Positions 35,160 to 46,354 of a stretch of 64,000 bases of DNA are shown piece by piece (positions within the stretch are counted from its first letter, which is position 1; the number at the start of each line of letters is the position of its first letter). Position numbers and translations under genes: made by a program. The notes below the pieces were generated by a model that was given only the letters and a program-made list of their open reading frames with translations, was not told where the DNA came from and made no database searches. The DNA is from Macrostomum lignano (taxonomy: Eukaryota). The stretch lies in NCBI GenBank assembly GCA_002269645.1, contig NIVC01001161.1, forward strand, positions 1-64,000. The letters are read 5' to 3'.

Positions 35160-35501
35160 GTGAGTTTCTGCCCGGTTAAACTCGCCGGCCAATCGGCAGA
35201 GAGAAGAAGACAGAATAGGACAGGGGACAGGGAGGAGGGTGCACTCGTAAGCCAATCAGCGAAGAGGAGAGAACAGAATATAGGAAAGAGAGGGTGGACT
35301 CGTCAGCCAATCAACGAAGAGGAGAGGACAGAATATAGGAAAGAGAAGGTGGACTCGTCATCCGATTGAAGAAGCGAAGAGGGCATAATAGATACGAGCT
35401 AGGATAGAGGGGAGAGGGTGAACTCGTCAGCCAATCAACGAAGAGGAGAGTGCCGCTATGCTAAAAATGGTCATAAAAAAATTTGCTTTAAAAATCATCA
35501 G

Positions 35502-35726
35502 ACTTGCAGACGCAAGCAAGCAAGTAACAGTTGGCCGAACAAAAGAAAACGTTCTAAACGACGCTGTCCCCTTCGTAACAAGCCGTCGCGCTATAGCGAA
35601 CTAACATTGGATCACGTGATGGGCACGTTTGTACTTTTGGCCGCCGCCATGCTGCTGGGGCCAATCGCCACCGTTGCAGAAATTATCTGGCACTGCTGCT
35701 TTAAAGCAGACTCGCTTAAAACAAAG
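35502..35726 (+). CDS. iGluR alternative exon 15B2 (basic linker and M4, SELTLDHVMGTFVLLAAAMLLGPIATVAEIIW...KTK)
   Basis: TCAG acceptor, GTTAGC donor, phase 0-0; aligns with M4 of exon 15A and ends at the equivalent K|gt. Confidence 0.8.
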
Positions 35727-35843
35727 GTTAGCAAGATTCTATGCTGCAGTTTTTCCTCGGAGGATTGATGTAGATAGATATGCGTCTATTTTCGCATGTC
35801 ATTCGAACTTTTAACGCCAGACAAAATTTTACCGAAATAACAG

Positions 35844-36062
35844 GACCAACGGCGGGGCTCGGGGTGCTCTCGGCTGTGCAGGGTCAACGCCAGACATGTT
35901 TCGAAACATAAAGCCAGACATCACAGCGGCGCCGATCAAAGACTGGAGACGGAGCCGCAAATCTATACGGTCGGAGGCTCAGCGGAACAGCGGCTGCGAT
36001 CAGCCCAGATGCGGGGGATGAGACAGCACTGGCGGAGTCGGCGGAATGAAGCCTGGGACTGA
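35844..36062 (+). CDS. iGluR alternative terminal exon 16B (DQRRGSGCSR...NEAWD*)
   Basis: AACAG acceptor; phase-0 frame open for 72 codons to TGA at 36060-36062; no family motif to confirm it. Confidence 0.6.
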   Translation, partial: DQRRGSGCSRLCRVNARHVSKHKARHHSGADQRLETEPQIYTVGGSAEQRLRSAQMRGMRQHWRSRRNEAWD

Positions 36063-36069
36063 TCGAGAG

Positions 36070-37226
36070 GATTGCTAGACTGGCGCACCAGTGTAGGATT
36101 AGACTGGATTGCTAGACTGGCCAATCGGTGTAGGATTATAATGGATTGCTAGTCTGGCCAATCGGTGTAGGATTAGAATGGATTGCTAGTCTGGCCAATC
36201 GGTGTAGGATTATAATGGATTGCTAGTCTGGCCAATCGGTGTAGGATTAAAATGGATTGCTAGTCTGGCCAATCGGTGTAGGATTATAATGGATTGCTAG
36301 TCTGGCCAATCGGTGTAGGATTATAATGGATTGCTAGACTGGCCAATCGGTGAATGATTAGACTGGATTGCTAGACTGGCCAATCGGAGTAGGATTATAA
36401 TGGATTGCTAGTCTCGCCAATCGGTGTAGGATTATAATGGATTGCTAGTCTGGCCAATCGGTGTAGGATTAGAATGGATTGCTAGTCTGGCCAATCGGTG
36501 TAGGATTAGAATGGATTGCTAGTCTGGCCAATCAGTGTAGGATTAGAATGGATTGCTAGTCTGGCCAATCGGTGTAGGATTAGAATGGATTGGTAGTCTG
36601 GCCAATCGGTGTAGGATTAGAATGGATTGCTAGACTGGCCAATCGGTGTAGGATTAGAATGGATTGCTAGTCTGGCCAATCGGTGTAGGATTATAATGGA
36701 TTGCTAGACTGGCCAATCGGTGAATGATTATAATGGATTGCTAGACTGGCCAATCGGTGTAGGATTATAATGGATTGCTAGTCTGGCCAATCGGTGTAGG
36801 ATTATAATGGATTGCTAGTCTGGCCAATCGGTGTAGGATTATAATGGATTGCTAGTCTGGCCAATCGGTGTAGGATTAGAATGGATTGCTAGTCTGGCCA
36901 ATCGGTGTAGGATTAGAATGGATTGCTAGTCTGGCCAATCGGTGTAGGATTAGAATGGATTGCTAGTCTGGCCAATCGGTGTAGGATTAGAATGGATTGC
37001 TAGACTGGCCAATCGGTGAATGATTAGAATGGATTGCTAGACTGGCCAATCGGTGTAGGATTAGAATGGATTGCTAGACTGGCCAATCGGTGAATGATTA
37101 GAATGGATTGCTAGACTGGCCAATCGGTGTGGATTAGAATGGATTGCTAGACTGGCCAATCGGTGAATGATTAGACTGGATTGCTAGACTGGCCAATCGG
37201 TGTGGATTAGAATGGATTGCTAGACT
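36070..37226. repeat. 37-bp GGATTGCTAGTCTGGCCAATCGGTGTAGGATTAGAAT array immediately 3' of the isoform B stop
   Basis: Period of 37 nt, no spacers. Confidence 0.97.
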
Positions 37227-37879
37227 GACCTGTTAATGTAATTTGAATAATGCGCACACTGAAAACATGAAACAAATGCTGTGTACGTAAGCAAAAATAC
37301 AAAAAACGATAAAAATTTATAAATTTATAAACAGCTTTCAAAGGCATATCATATTTTGTGCATCTGAAATTCATTTTTATCGATGTTTTACCTACATAGA
37401 GATTAGTTGATAAGCCCCTCCTATCTCCGTTCCAAATCCAGTGCAGAAAATTCCCCTGGGCAAGAATGCAGCGAGTTTTGCTCATCATCTGTTTGCTGGA
37501 GTCTGGATCAGGTCTGAGAGCGGCCCTGTGACTGACAGCTCGCCGCAGTTCGGGAACCCGAAGGCGCGCCTTATGGGGGTGGCCAGTGACCGTTTATCTT
37601 CTGAGCCCCTGAGCCGCGCGAGCAAATCCCCCTAACCTCCCCCTGACCCAGAGGGGGCTGTAGGTGTGAAATTAGCGAAAATCGGCTTCCTTTGAGGAAA
37701 GCTCTCTTTGGCTTTAATCCTCGTAGATTTGATAGATCGAATGTCGCTGACTGCCCGATCCCTTGTCCTAGGGTTGCCTGTGCTCCCGGTGTGCTGTCCG
37801 AAATTCAGTGCATCATCACCGCCTGCTGTTGGGCTCTTCTGCTCCTACTCAGTCCCTTCTTCATCTATCTTCCCTGTCT

Positions 37880-38230
37880 CTCCAATCTCCCATTCCCCTT
37901 CCCCCATTTCCCATCTCCCCTCTCCCATCTCCCCTCTCCTATCTACCCTCTCCCATCTCCCCTCTCCCATCTTCCCTCTCCCATCTCCCCTCTCCCCTAT
38001 CCCCTCTCCCTTATTCCCTCTCCCCTCTGCCCTCTCCCCTCTCTCATCTCCCATCTCCCATCTCCCATCTCCCCTCTCCCCTCTCCCATCTCCCCTCTCC
38101 CATCTCCCATCTCCCCTCTCCCATCTCCCATCTCCCCTCTCCCATCTCCCCTCTCCCATCTCCCCTCTCCCATCTCCCATCTCCCCTCTCCCATCTCCCC
38201 TCTCCCATCTCCCCTCTCCCATCTCCCTTC
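37880..38230. repeat. 7-bp CCCATCT/CCCCTCT repeat
   Basis: Direct inspection. Confidence 0.9.
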
Positions 38231-39465
38231 TCCGGTCCCCTAACCCCCTACTGAGAGCCGAGCCCCGCAGCAGCAGCCGCATCAGCTGCACAGCGGACAA
38301 GTATTGTGGCGCAAAGTGAGCAGCAGACAAAGGCAGCATGCACCCGTACAGCGCTCGAGTCCCAGTTCCTACTTGCCAATCCTCATCTGAAGTGGGGATA
38401 AATTCTCGGCAGGTTCGGCCTCATCGCTCTTACCTCGCGCTCAGGTGTGCGACTCTCTGTCCTTGGGGGAGCTGGTGACAGCATTTGCTACATCCCGTCT
38501 GAGCCGGCAACACGGGGGTGGTTACGCGCCGGCCGAAGAAGAGGAGATTCTGGGACGAAAAAGGAGATTTCTACTTGAAAATCTTCTCGAGCTTCATCTG
38601 TGTCTCAAGTCCGCTGCGCCTCTCTGAGAGGAATTCAATTAGGCTCGGGCCGCGGGGGTCAACCTCCCGGCTCCGCCTGGCCCTCCCCCCGCCTTTCCTA
38701 ACTTTCAACATTTCTTTCTCGCAAAGAAAACGCGGAGCCTGGGAGGTTCTGCTGATAAGGGAAATGCTTTGAGTCAAAGAGATTTCTGAGAGGGCGAAGT
38801 CCCGGCACAGCGAACTGAGTTCCGCCTCGGCCCGAGAGGGTTGAGCAAATCTCAGAAAAATTCCGTCATCATCTTTTGCTGGGGTCCTCCGATTGATAGA
38901 CAGATACGCGTCTCTTCTCGCACTTTGCCAGCGCTCTCAACTTCCCCTTGGATCCCTGGGGAAATCGTTTCAGAGGCCGCCGGGAGACCCGGGAGTCTGT
39001 CGGCAGACATGCAGCGGGGAGAGAGGGGGGGGGGGCACAGACTTGGCAAACAGCCGCCAGCTTCTGCTTGGGCGGCAACAAAGCGCCAGCAGCTCGATAT
39101 CATTTGTTGCACACTCGGATGGGCAGCCTGTGCCTGAGCTAAAAGGGGATTTTTAGCGACCCTGCCGGGGGGATCTGGCCTGGTTGGGGATAATTGCTAC
39201 GAGATGCTTCCCGGCTGTCCATTGAGGAGTCACGCAGCTTGGGGACAATGCTGCGATAATCAGGCTCGCGCTAACAGCTTCCTCTGTGCGAGAGGCAGGG
39301 GGCGGTGGGGGACCTGCGGAAATCAGGTGCGCTCTGCTGCTCACAGCTTTCTGAGCAAACAATTGGCAAAAGAAGGGCTCAGAGCTACAGTGCGCAGCGC
39401 TGTGCAGACTGCCACAGTATTGAGTCATGTTGTAATTGACGCGCAACTCATGTGTCAGCGAAACT

Positions 39466-40002
39466 TGACTGTCAGCGGCACCTGACTGTCAGCGACACCT
39501 GACTATCAGCGACACCTGACTATCAGCGACACCTGACTGTCAGCGACACCTGACTGTCAGCGGCACCTGACTATCAGCGACACCTGACTATCAGCGACAC
39601 CTGACTATCAGCGACACCTGACTGTCAGCGACACCTGACTGTCAGCGGCACCTGACTATCAGCGACACCTGACTATCAGCGACACCTGACTATCAGCGAC
39701 ACCTGACTATCAGCGACACCTGACTATCAGCGACACCTGACTATCAGCGGCACCTGACTATCAGCGGCACTTGACTATCAGCGACACCTGACTATCAGCG
39801 ACACCTGACTGTCAGCGGCACCTGACTGTCAGCGACACCTGACTATCAGTGACACCTGACTATCAGCGACACCTGACTGTCAGCGGCACCTGACTGTCAG
39901 CGGCACCTGACTATCAGCGGCACTTGACTATCAGCGACACCTGACTGTCAGCGGCACCTGACTGTCAGCGACACCTGACTGTTAGCGACACCTGACTGTC
40001 AG
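39466..40002. repeat. 17-bp GACTATCAGCGACACCT array
   Basis: Period of 17 nt. Confidence 0.95.
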
Positions 40003-40464
40003 AAAACACCTTGCTATCACGGCGAAACCATAAGCCTGTGCTCACCAAGCTAGATAGGAATGAACGCTCTGTATGATTCTGAGTGCAGTGAAGGATTTCG
40101 AGTCCTTTCATTGCAGACTCAATTATTTCTTGAGCAGCTTCTCGACTTTGGCTACATCAGTGCCTCAGCATGTTGCAAGCTCAGCTGACTTTGAAACCAA
40201 AGCTGCTAATCAGGAGAAGTGGCCTGGGCTGATGCCTCGCCCTCAATACCCCCACGGTGACGGCTGTGTGCGCCAGTGGGTTCTTGCTGAACAAGCAAAT
40301 GCAGATTAGTCCTGGCCGGGAGGGAAGTTCAGCTCGCCTCACATCCTGCATTCGTGCCTGCAGGTTTCTATAAGAAGCTGGCTGCGGCAGAGCTGCGGAT
40401 GAGAGGATGTGGAAGGGCTGGAATATTTAGGAAATATGGGAGCGAATAGGGGTAGGAAACAGTG

Positions 40465-41335
40465 ACATGGGGATTCTAAAAAACTTGGGATCAGAGAAGA
40501 GAGTGGGGAAAATGGGATTCTAACAAACTGGGATCAGAGAAGAGAGAGTGGGAAAATGGGATTCTAACAAACTGGGATCAGAGAAGAGAGAGTGGGAAAA
40601 TGGGATTCTGACAAACTGGGATCAGGGAAGAGAGAGTGGGAAAATGGGATTCTGACAAACTGGGGATCAGGGAAGAGAGAGTGGGAAAATGGGATTCTGA
40701 TAAACTGGGATCAGAGAAGAGAGAGTGGGAAAATGGGATTCTGATAAACTGGGGATCAGAGAAGAGAGAGTGGGAAAATGGGATTCTGATAAACTGGGGA
40801 TCAGAGAAGAGAGAGTGGGAAAATGGGATTCTGATAAACTGGGATCAGGGAAGAGAGAGTGGGAAAATGGGATTCTGACAAACTGGGATCAGGGAAGAGA
40901 GAGTGGGAAAATGGGATTCTGATAAACTGGGATCAGAGAAGAGAGAGTGGGAAAATGGGATTCTGACAAACTGGGATCAGAGAAGAGAGAGTGGGAAAAT
41001 GGGATTCTGATAAACTGGGGATCAGGGAAGAGAGAGTGGGGAAAATGGGATTCTGATAAACTGGGATCAGAGAAGAGAGAGTGGGAAAATGGGATTCTGA
41101 TAAACTGGGGATCAGAGAAGAGAGAGTGGGAAAATGGGATTCTGATAAACTGGGATCAGGGAAGAGAGAGTGGGAAAATGGGATTCTGACAAACTCGGGA
41201 TCAGGGAAGAGAGAGTGGAAAAAATGGGATTCTGACAAACTGGGGATCAGGGAAGAGAGAGTGGAAAAAATGGGATTCTGACAAACTGGGGATCAGGGAA
41301 GAGAGAGTGAGGAAAATGGGATTTTGACAAACTGG
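40465..41335. repeat. 44-45 bp GAGTGGGAAAATGGGATTCTGATAAACTGGGATCAGAGAAGAGA array
   Basis: Direct inspection. Confidence 0.95.
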
Positions 41336-41537
41336 AAATCACGGAAGAGCGCAAAAATCAAAGATGTCTAACCTGAATTCAGCCAAAAGTAAAAAAATGT
41401 TCGCTTATAAACTGAGTAGCAACTCTCTTTTAAAACAGTTTCATTCCGACAAAATATTAGTACACGACACAACAAGGGGATTAGCACAGTGCACTGACAG
41501 GGCCGTCATCAGTCAGGGATCAATCCGAAGTCACGCA

Positions 41538-43289
41538 TCAGCAGTCGCTTTTCAGATTCGCAGACGGCTCGCCCAGCAGGCGGCCGCCGCAGCCGTGGTC
41601 CGACTCGCTGCTGACGAAGATCCGCACCGCCGATGGCGCCGCGCCCGTCGCAGCGCTGGCCGAAGAGCTGCCGCCGGTGCCCGAACCTCCGGCGCCCGGC
41701 GGCGTCTTCGAGTTGCACTGGCCGCCCGCTGCCGTCCTGCCGCCGGGCTGCTGACTGGCGACGCCGCCGCCACCGCCGCCGCCGACTCCAGTCGCTGCGC
41801 TGCCGTTCCGGCGCTGCCGACCTCGGCAGAGCAGCTGGCGGAAGGCGCAGCGGAAGTCCCTGGACAGCAGGGCGTAGATGCAGGGGTTCAGCGCGCTGTT
41901 GAAGTAGCCCATCCAGAAGAACACGTCGAACACCGAGCCGTGCACGCAGTTGGTGCAGAAGGCGCCGGCCAGGTAGACTGAGAAGAACGGCAGCCAGCAG
42001 ACCGTGAAGGCGAGGCCGATGATCGCCAGCATTCGGGCGGCCTTGGTCTCGTTGTAGATGTTCTTCAGCTGCTGGTTGGCCGAGGCGCGCTTCCGCAGGC
42101 CCGGCAGGATGCTGTGCGACGGCCGGCGCTCGTCCGCCGCTGCCGCCGTTGCTGCTCCGGCCTGGTGCGTCGTTGAAGATCCCGACGTCGAAGCGCCTAC
42201 ACTGCCGCCGCCGCTGCCGCTGCCGCCGGGGACATAGTTCGGCGAGAGAAAGTTGGTGGTCTCCTGTGGCGAGGTCTGCTGCTGCCGGGCGGCTCCTGTT
42301 GCTGACGCTGTCGACGCCCGCCTCGTAATGGAGCCCGACCGTCGGGATGCTGTCGTTGACGCGGCCGCGGTGGCTGCCACGGCGGCGACAGCGGCGGCCA
42401 CAGACAGGCCGCTGGCCGACATGGCTCGGGGCCGCTGGCCGCCGCCGCCGTAGTGCACCCGCAGGCTGCACACCTCGCCGCCGCCGCCGCCGCCGCTTGT
42501 CGCTCTCGATGACGACGAGGTCTTCGCCGACTTCAGCACCATCTCGCCGCGCCGGATGTTGCGAATGGTGCGCCTGACAGTGCGGTAGATCTCCAGGTAG
42601 AAGTACAGCATCACCAGCGACGGCAGGAAGAAGGAGCCGCTGGCCGAGTAGATGATGTAGGCGGTGGATGAGCCCGCGATGGTGCACTCCATGTACTTCC
42701 TGTCCGTGCAGTTGCCCGCCGGCTCCAGCCTGGTGGCAGCCGTCGCGGCCGCGCCGCCCTCCTGCTCGCCGCCGCCTGCCGGCATGAACTGCAGCAGCGG
42801 CGGGAAGCTGATGGCGAAGGCCAGAAGCCACACGGCTGCCACCAGAATCCTGGCGTGCTTGGCTGTCATGAGCTTCGGGTAGCGCATCGGGTACTTGATG
42901 GCGAAGAACCTGTCGAAGGCGATGACCACCAGGTTGAGAATGCTGGCCGTGCAGCAGAGAACGTCCACCACCAGCCAGAACTGGCAGAGCGCGGTGCCCA
43001 TGAACCAGTTCTTCAGCATCACCTGGTTGGCGATGGACAGTGGCAGCACCGCGGTGGCCAGCAGAAGGTCGCTGAGCGCCAGGCTCGTGATGAGCACATT
43101 CGTGACTCCTTTCTTCTTGAATTTCTCGTAGGTGAGAATGGCCGCGATGACCAGGCAGTTGCCGGCCAGCACGGAGAGGTTGATGAGGCACAGGCAGATG
43201 GCCAGCAGGATGCTGCCGGGGCTGCGGAGGATGCCAGTGACGTCAAGGCCGGCTGAGCAGTTGCTGCTGCTGTTGCTGCCGCTCTGCAT
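41538..43289 (-). CDS. Intronless class A biogenic-amine GPCR, alpha-adrenergic-like octopamine receptor (OAMB/Oct-alpha1-like), 583 aa
   Basis: 7 TM segments; TM3 DVLCCTASILNL (D3.32) followed by DRF; TM5 YSASGSFFLP; ETKAA...CWLPFF; TM7 FWMGYFNSALNPCIYALLSRDFR; N-terminal NSS and NCS sequons. Subtype assigned from recalled motifs. Confidence 0.9.
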   Translation of the reverse strand: MQSGSNSSSNCSAGLDVTGILRSPGSILLAICLCLINLSVLAGNCLVIAAILTYEKFKKKGVTNVLITSLALSDLLLATAVLPLSIANQVMLKNWFMGTALCQFWLVVDVLCCTASILNLVVIAFDRFFAIKYPMRYPKLMTAKHARILVAAVWLLAFAISFPPLLQFMPAGGGEQEGGAAATAATRLEPAGNCTDRKYMECTIAGSSTAYIIYSASGSFFLPSLVMLYFYLEIYRTVRRTIRNIRRGEMVLKSAKTSSSSRATSGGGGGGEVCSLRVHYGGGGQRPRAMSASGLSVAAAVAAVAATAAASTTASRRSGSITRRASTASATGAARQQQTSPQETTNFLSPNYVPGGSGSGGGSVGASTSGSSTTHQAGAATAAAADERRPSHSILPGLRKRASANQQLKNIYNETKAARMLAIIGLAFTVCWLPFFSVYLAGAFCTNCVHGSVFDVFFWMGYFNSALNPCIYALLSRDFRCAFRQLLCRGRQRRNGSAATGVGGGGGGGVASQQPGGRTAAGGQCNSKTPPGAGGSGTGGSSSASAATGAAPSAVRIFVSSESDHGCGGRLLGEPSANLKSDC

Positions 43290-44191
43290 GGTGAGACGCT
43301 GCGGACCTTCGCGAAGGAATCCACGGGCTTCGATGCACGCGGATCAGTGGATCTTATTGCTGCTCTGCTACTAGAAGCAGCAGAAATTCCCCAATTGGCG
43401 GAGCTGGGAGAGAGGGAGAGGGAGACACTTCGTGCGGCTTCTTCGCTAAAGGGGGAGCAGCAAGCTAATCCCGCTTACTCAAATCCCCATCCTAATCCGT
43501 GCGCAGTTTTTCTCCCAGAACGGGAGTAGCAGAATCCCAGCTTCCCGCTGCCTCATCCGCCAGTCAGTTTAATCCCCAATGGGAGCGCGCGCCCCCATTG
43601 TCCCGCTGCCCCGCCTGAGTAAACTCCGGATTGCCAAGGAGATAAGGAGAATTATTAATTATTAATAGCAGTATTTAATAATTATCCTGCTCGAATTCAC
43701 TACCGGTGTCTCCAAGCTGGAACTGGATAGTTGCGCATCTATTGTCTAGCATATGCATATTCATCACCCCAGGCATTAAAGCATTAAATATTTTAAAGCA
43801 TCTTAATGAAATCGCGAACCCCCAGTAACAAAAACAATCTCTAAGAGGATGCAAAACAAAGGGGGGTTTAGGGAATCGGGATCTGACAGAGGGAAAGCAG
43901 CTCAGAGTAAACACGGAGCTCTAATCAACTTAGCGATGGGATTTTTTCCCACCGAATTTGTTCTATTCCCAAAGGAGGCTGGGATGAAGGATGAAGTGAA
44001 AGCAGGTTCCAATTCCATGTGTGTGATCCCCGGGAGTCTGCAGAGCTGGAGAACACACTTGAGCTGCAGTTCGGCTTTTCTGCTTCACTGGGCGCGAATT
44101 ATTTATCCTGTTTATCCCAAATAGGTGCAGCTGCGAACTGCTGGACCCGTCTCCTCAGTCTTATGAGATCAATTATCCCCATTCGAGGCCA

Positions 44192-44476
44192 GTTTGAATG
44201 ATCCCCATTCCAGCCCAGTCTGAATGATCCCCATTCCAGCCCAGTCTGAGTAAAAAAGATCCGACTTTAGTATATCCGACTTAAAAAAGATATGATCCCC
44301 ATTCCAGCCCAGTCTGAGTGATCCCATTCCAGCCCAGTCTGAATGATCCCCATTCCAGTGTCTGAATGATCCCCATTCCAGCCCAGTCTGAATGATCCCC
44401 ATTCCAGTGTCTGAATGATCCCCATTCCAGCCCAGTCTGAATGATCCCCATTCCAGTGTCTGAATGATCCCCATTT
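44192..44476. repeat. 23/26-bp TGAATGATCCCCATTCCAG(CCCA)GTC array
   Basis: Direct inspection. Confidence 0.9.
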
Positions 44477-45711
44477 TATCTTTTATATCCCTAGTCTAAA
44501 ATGGCACTTAAAATATGCAAATGCGAGTCTATTTATAACACAACTATTCAGACACATGCGTGGCAGCTCGGGCATGTGTGTTTCAAGCACCGGTGCACAA
44601 CCCCCCACTAAAACCAGCTATCAATATTGATCCCATCCGGTCCGCAAAGCTCCGCGCTTGCGTGACTGCCGAACGGCTCCAGTGCATAAGAAGGCCGGGT
44701 TTAATAAACGGCAAAAAAATATAAGCCCAACGGCCGACCAGATGGCCAGCAAAGGAGACATCGGGTGCAACCAAGCACTTCATCGAGTATAGTAATTAAA
44801 CTACTTTCGATTAAAAAAACTTTGTATCTCAGTTGAAAAAATAATTTATGTTCGATTTGTAAGATCGCTCCCATTCTAGAGGACATCAAAACCGGCTAAG
44901 CTAGCAATCCACTACCTCCTTCTTACGCCGGTGGTTAAAACCAGAAACGGTGACAGGACCTTATCTGGCTTGCCCCTGGTGCTGGCGCTCCTGGGGTGGC
45001 GTCCCTGGGGTGGCGCCCCTGGTACTGACGCCCCCAGTAAAAAATCCAGACCAAGCCCGTGAACGATGGTGGCATGCCAGCATGTACTCAATAATGAACG
45101 CAGGCTCAAGCCAGAGTTGGTTTCCACAATCCAGATTCTGGTTCAATCGGATCTCCTTGGCATAGCTAAAAATGCTGGGATGCACAGACGGCAGATGGCC
45201 GCGAGCCGCAAGTTGTTCGAGCGGCACTCGAGGCTCCATCCACCTCATCCGACATCCTTCCTGCCTGCGCTCCACTTGAGCCGAATTTTAGTTGCCAAGG
45301 AGATACGAGATAATCAAGAGGCCTCTGCTTTGTTTCGGAATTTTTCAGAGAAATAAAGTTTGAAAAAAAACTCCATTAAGCTTAAATCACTCGAGATCAG
45401 CCAGGAGCAGCTGATGGGGCCGCTAAATGGTCTGAGCAGCAACAGACAAGCGGGCGGTTGGTTGCTTGCAGGCTCTGTTTCAATCAGTTAATAAGCGGCC
45501 GCAGCTGCCAGGGAGCGGGGCTGTGCGCGTCATTGGGAATGCACTTTTACATAGGAATACTAAAATAAAAATAAACAATAAAAGCAAACAGGCAGCGAAC
45601 ACCAAATTAGGAAAGTTTGATCGACACAGCCGTAAAATAATAATCGCAACAGGTAACTGGCTTTTAATTAGTGATTGACGACCGTCCGGGGATAGAAGGG
45701 CGTGCTGAGGG

Positions 45712-45833
45712 ACAGAAAGACAGACAAGCAGACAGACAGACAGGCAGGCAGACAGACAGACAGACAGGCAGACAGACAGACAGACCGACAGGCAGACAGG
45801 CAGACAGACACTAAGACAGACAGACAGACAGAC

Positions 45834-45874
<41 letters not shown>

Positions 45875-45885
45875 GGCAGACAGGC

Positions 45886-45922
<37 letters not shown>

Positions 45923-45958
45923 GGCAGACAGACAGAAAGACAGATAGACAGACAGACG
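45712..45958. repeat. (CAGA)n microsatellite
   Basis: Direct inspection. Confidence 0.95.
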
Positions 45959-46354
45959 CAGGTATACTCAGAAGACACAGGTAGAGCTGAATCAGTGAAA
46001 TGTTTGAGTAGGAATCAAAACAGCAAAAGTAAAACTATACAAAAAATCAAATACTAGACAAATCAAGATGACATGTACAGGAGTGAAGAACAGATTTAGT
46101 TTTGAAAAATCCATGCAGGTCATGCAAAAAAGCAGCAACGCATTCAGACAGGAAGTTGCAGTAATCTGAAAAAACAAAAATCCAACTAGAGAATTTATTT
46201 CATACAAATCAAATCCTGAATCAAAGGCGGAGAGGTGCAAGTGAAATACTGCTGCACAGGAATATTCAGTAATAAATATTTTCTGTTTTGCCACTCGACG
46301 ACTAAGGGAACAAGAGATATTGCAGTCTGGATTATTTTAGTGGGTGATTTTTCT

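Noticed and set aside
36070-37226. 37-bp repeat of CRISPR-like length (also the 29, 32 and 38-bp arrays)
   Set aside because: Units are directly tandem with no unique spacers, there are no cas genes, and the context is eukaryotic.
37400-39460. Short ORFs between the iGluR B end and the GPCR
   Set aside because: No family motifs or consistent splice chain; probably UTR or intergenic sequence.
41509-43191. 560-aa ORF overlapping the GPCR in another frame, plus antisense ORFs
   Set aside because: Shadow ORFs expected from GC-rich codon usage; no recognisable motifs.
44520-45400. Unique GC-moderate stretch with short ORFs, possibly a transposon remnant
   Set aside because: No recognisable motif, termini or TSD; cannot be supported without a database search.
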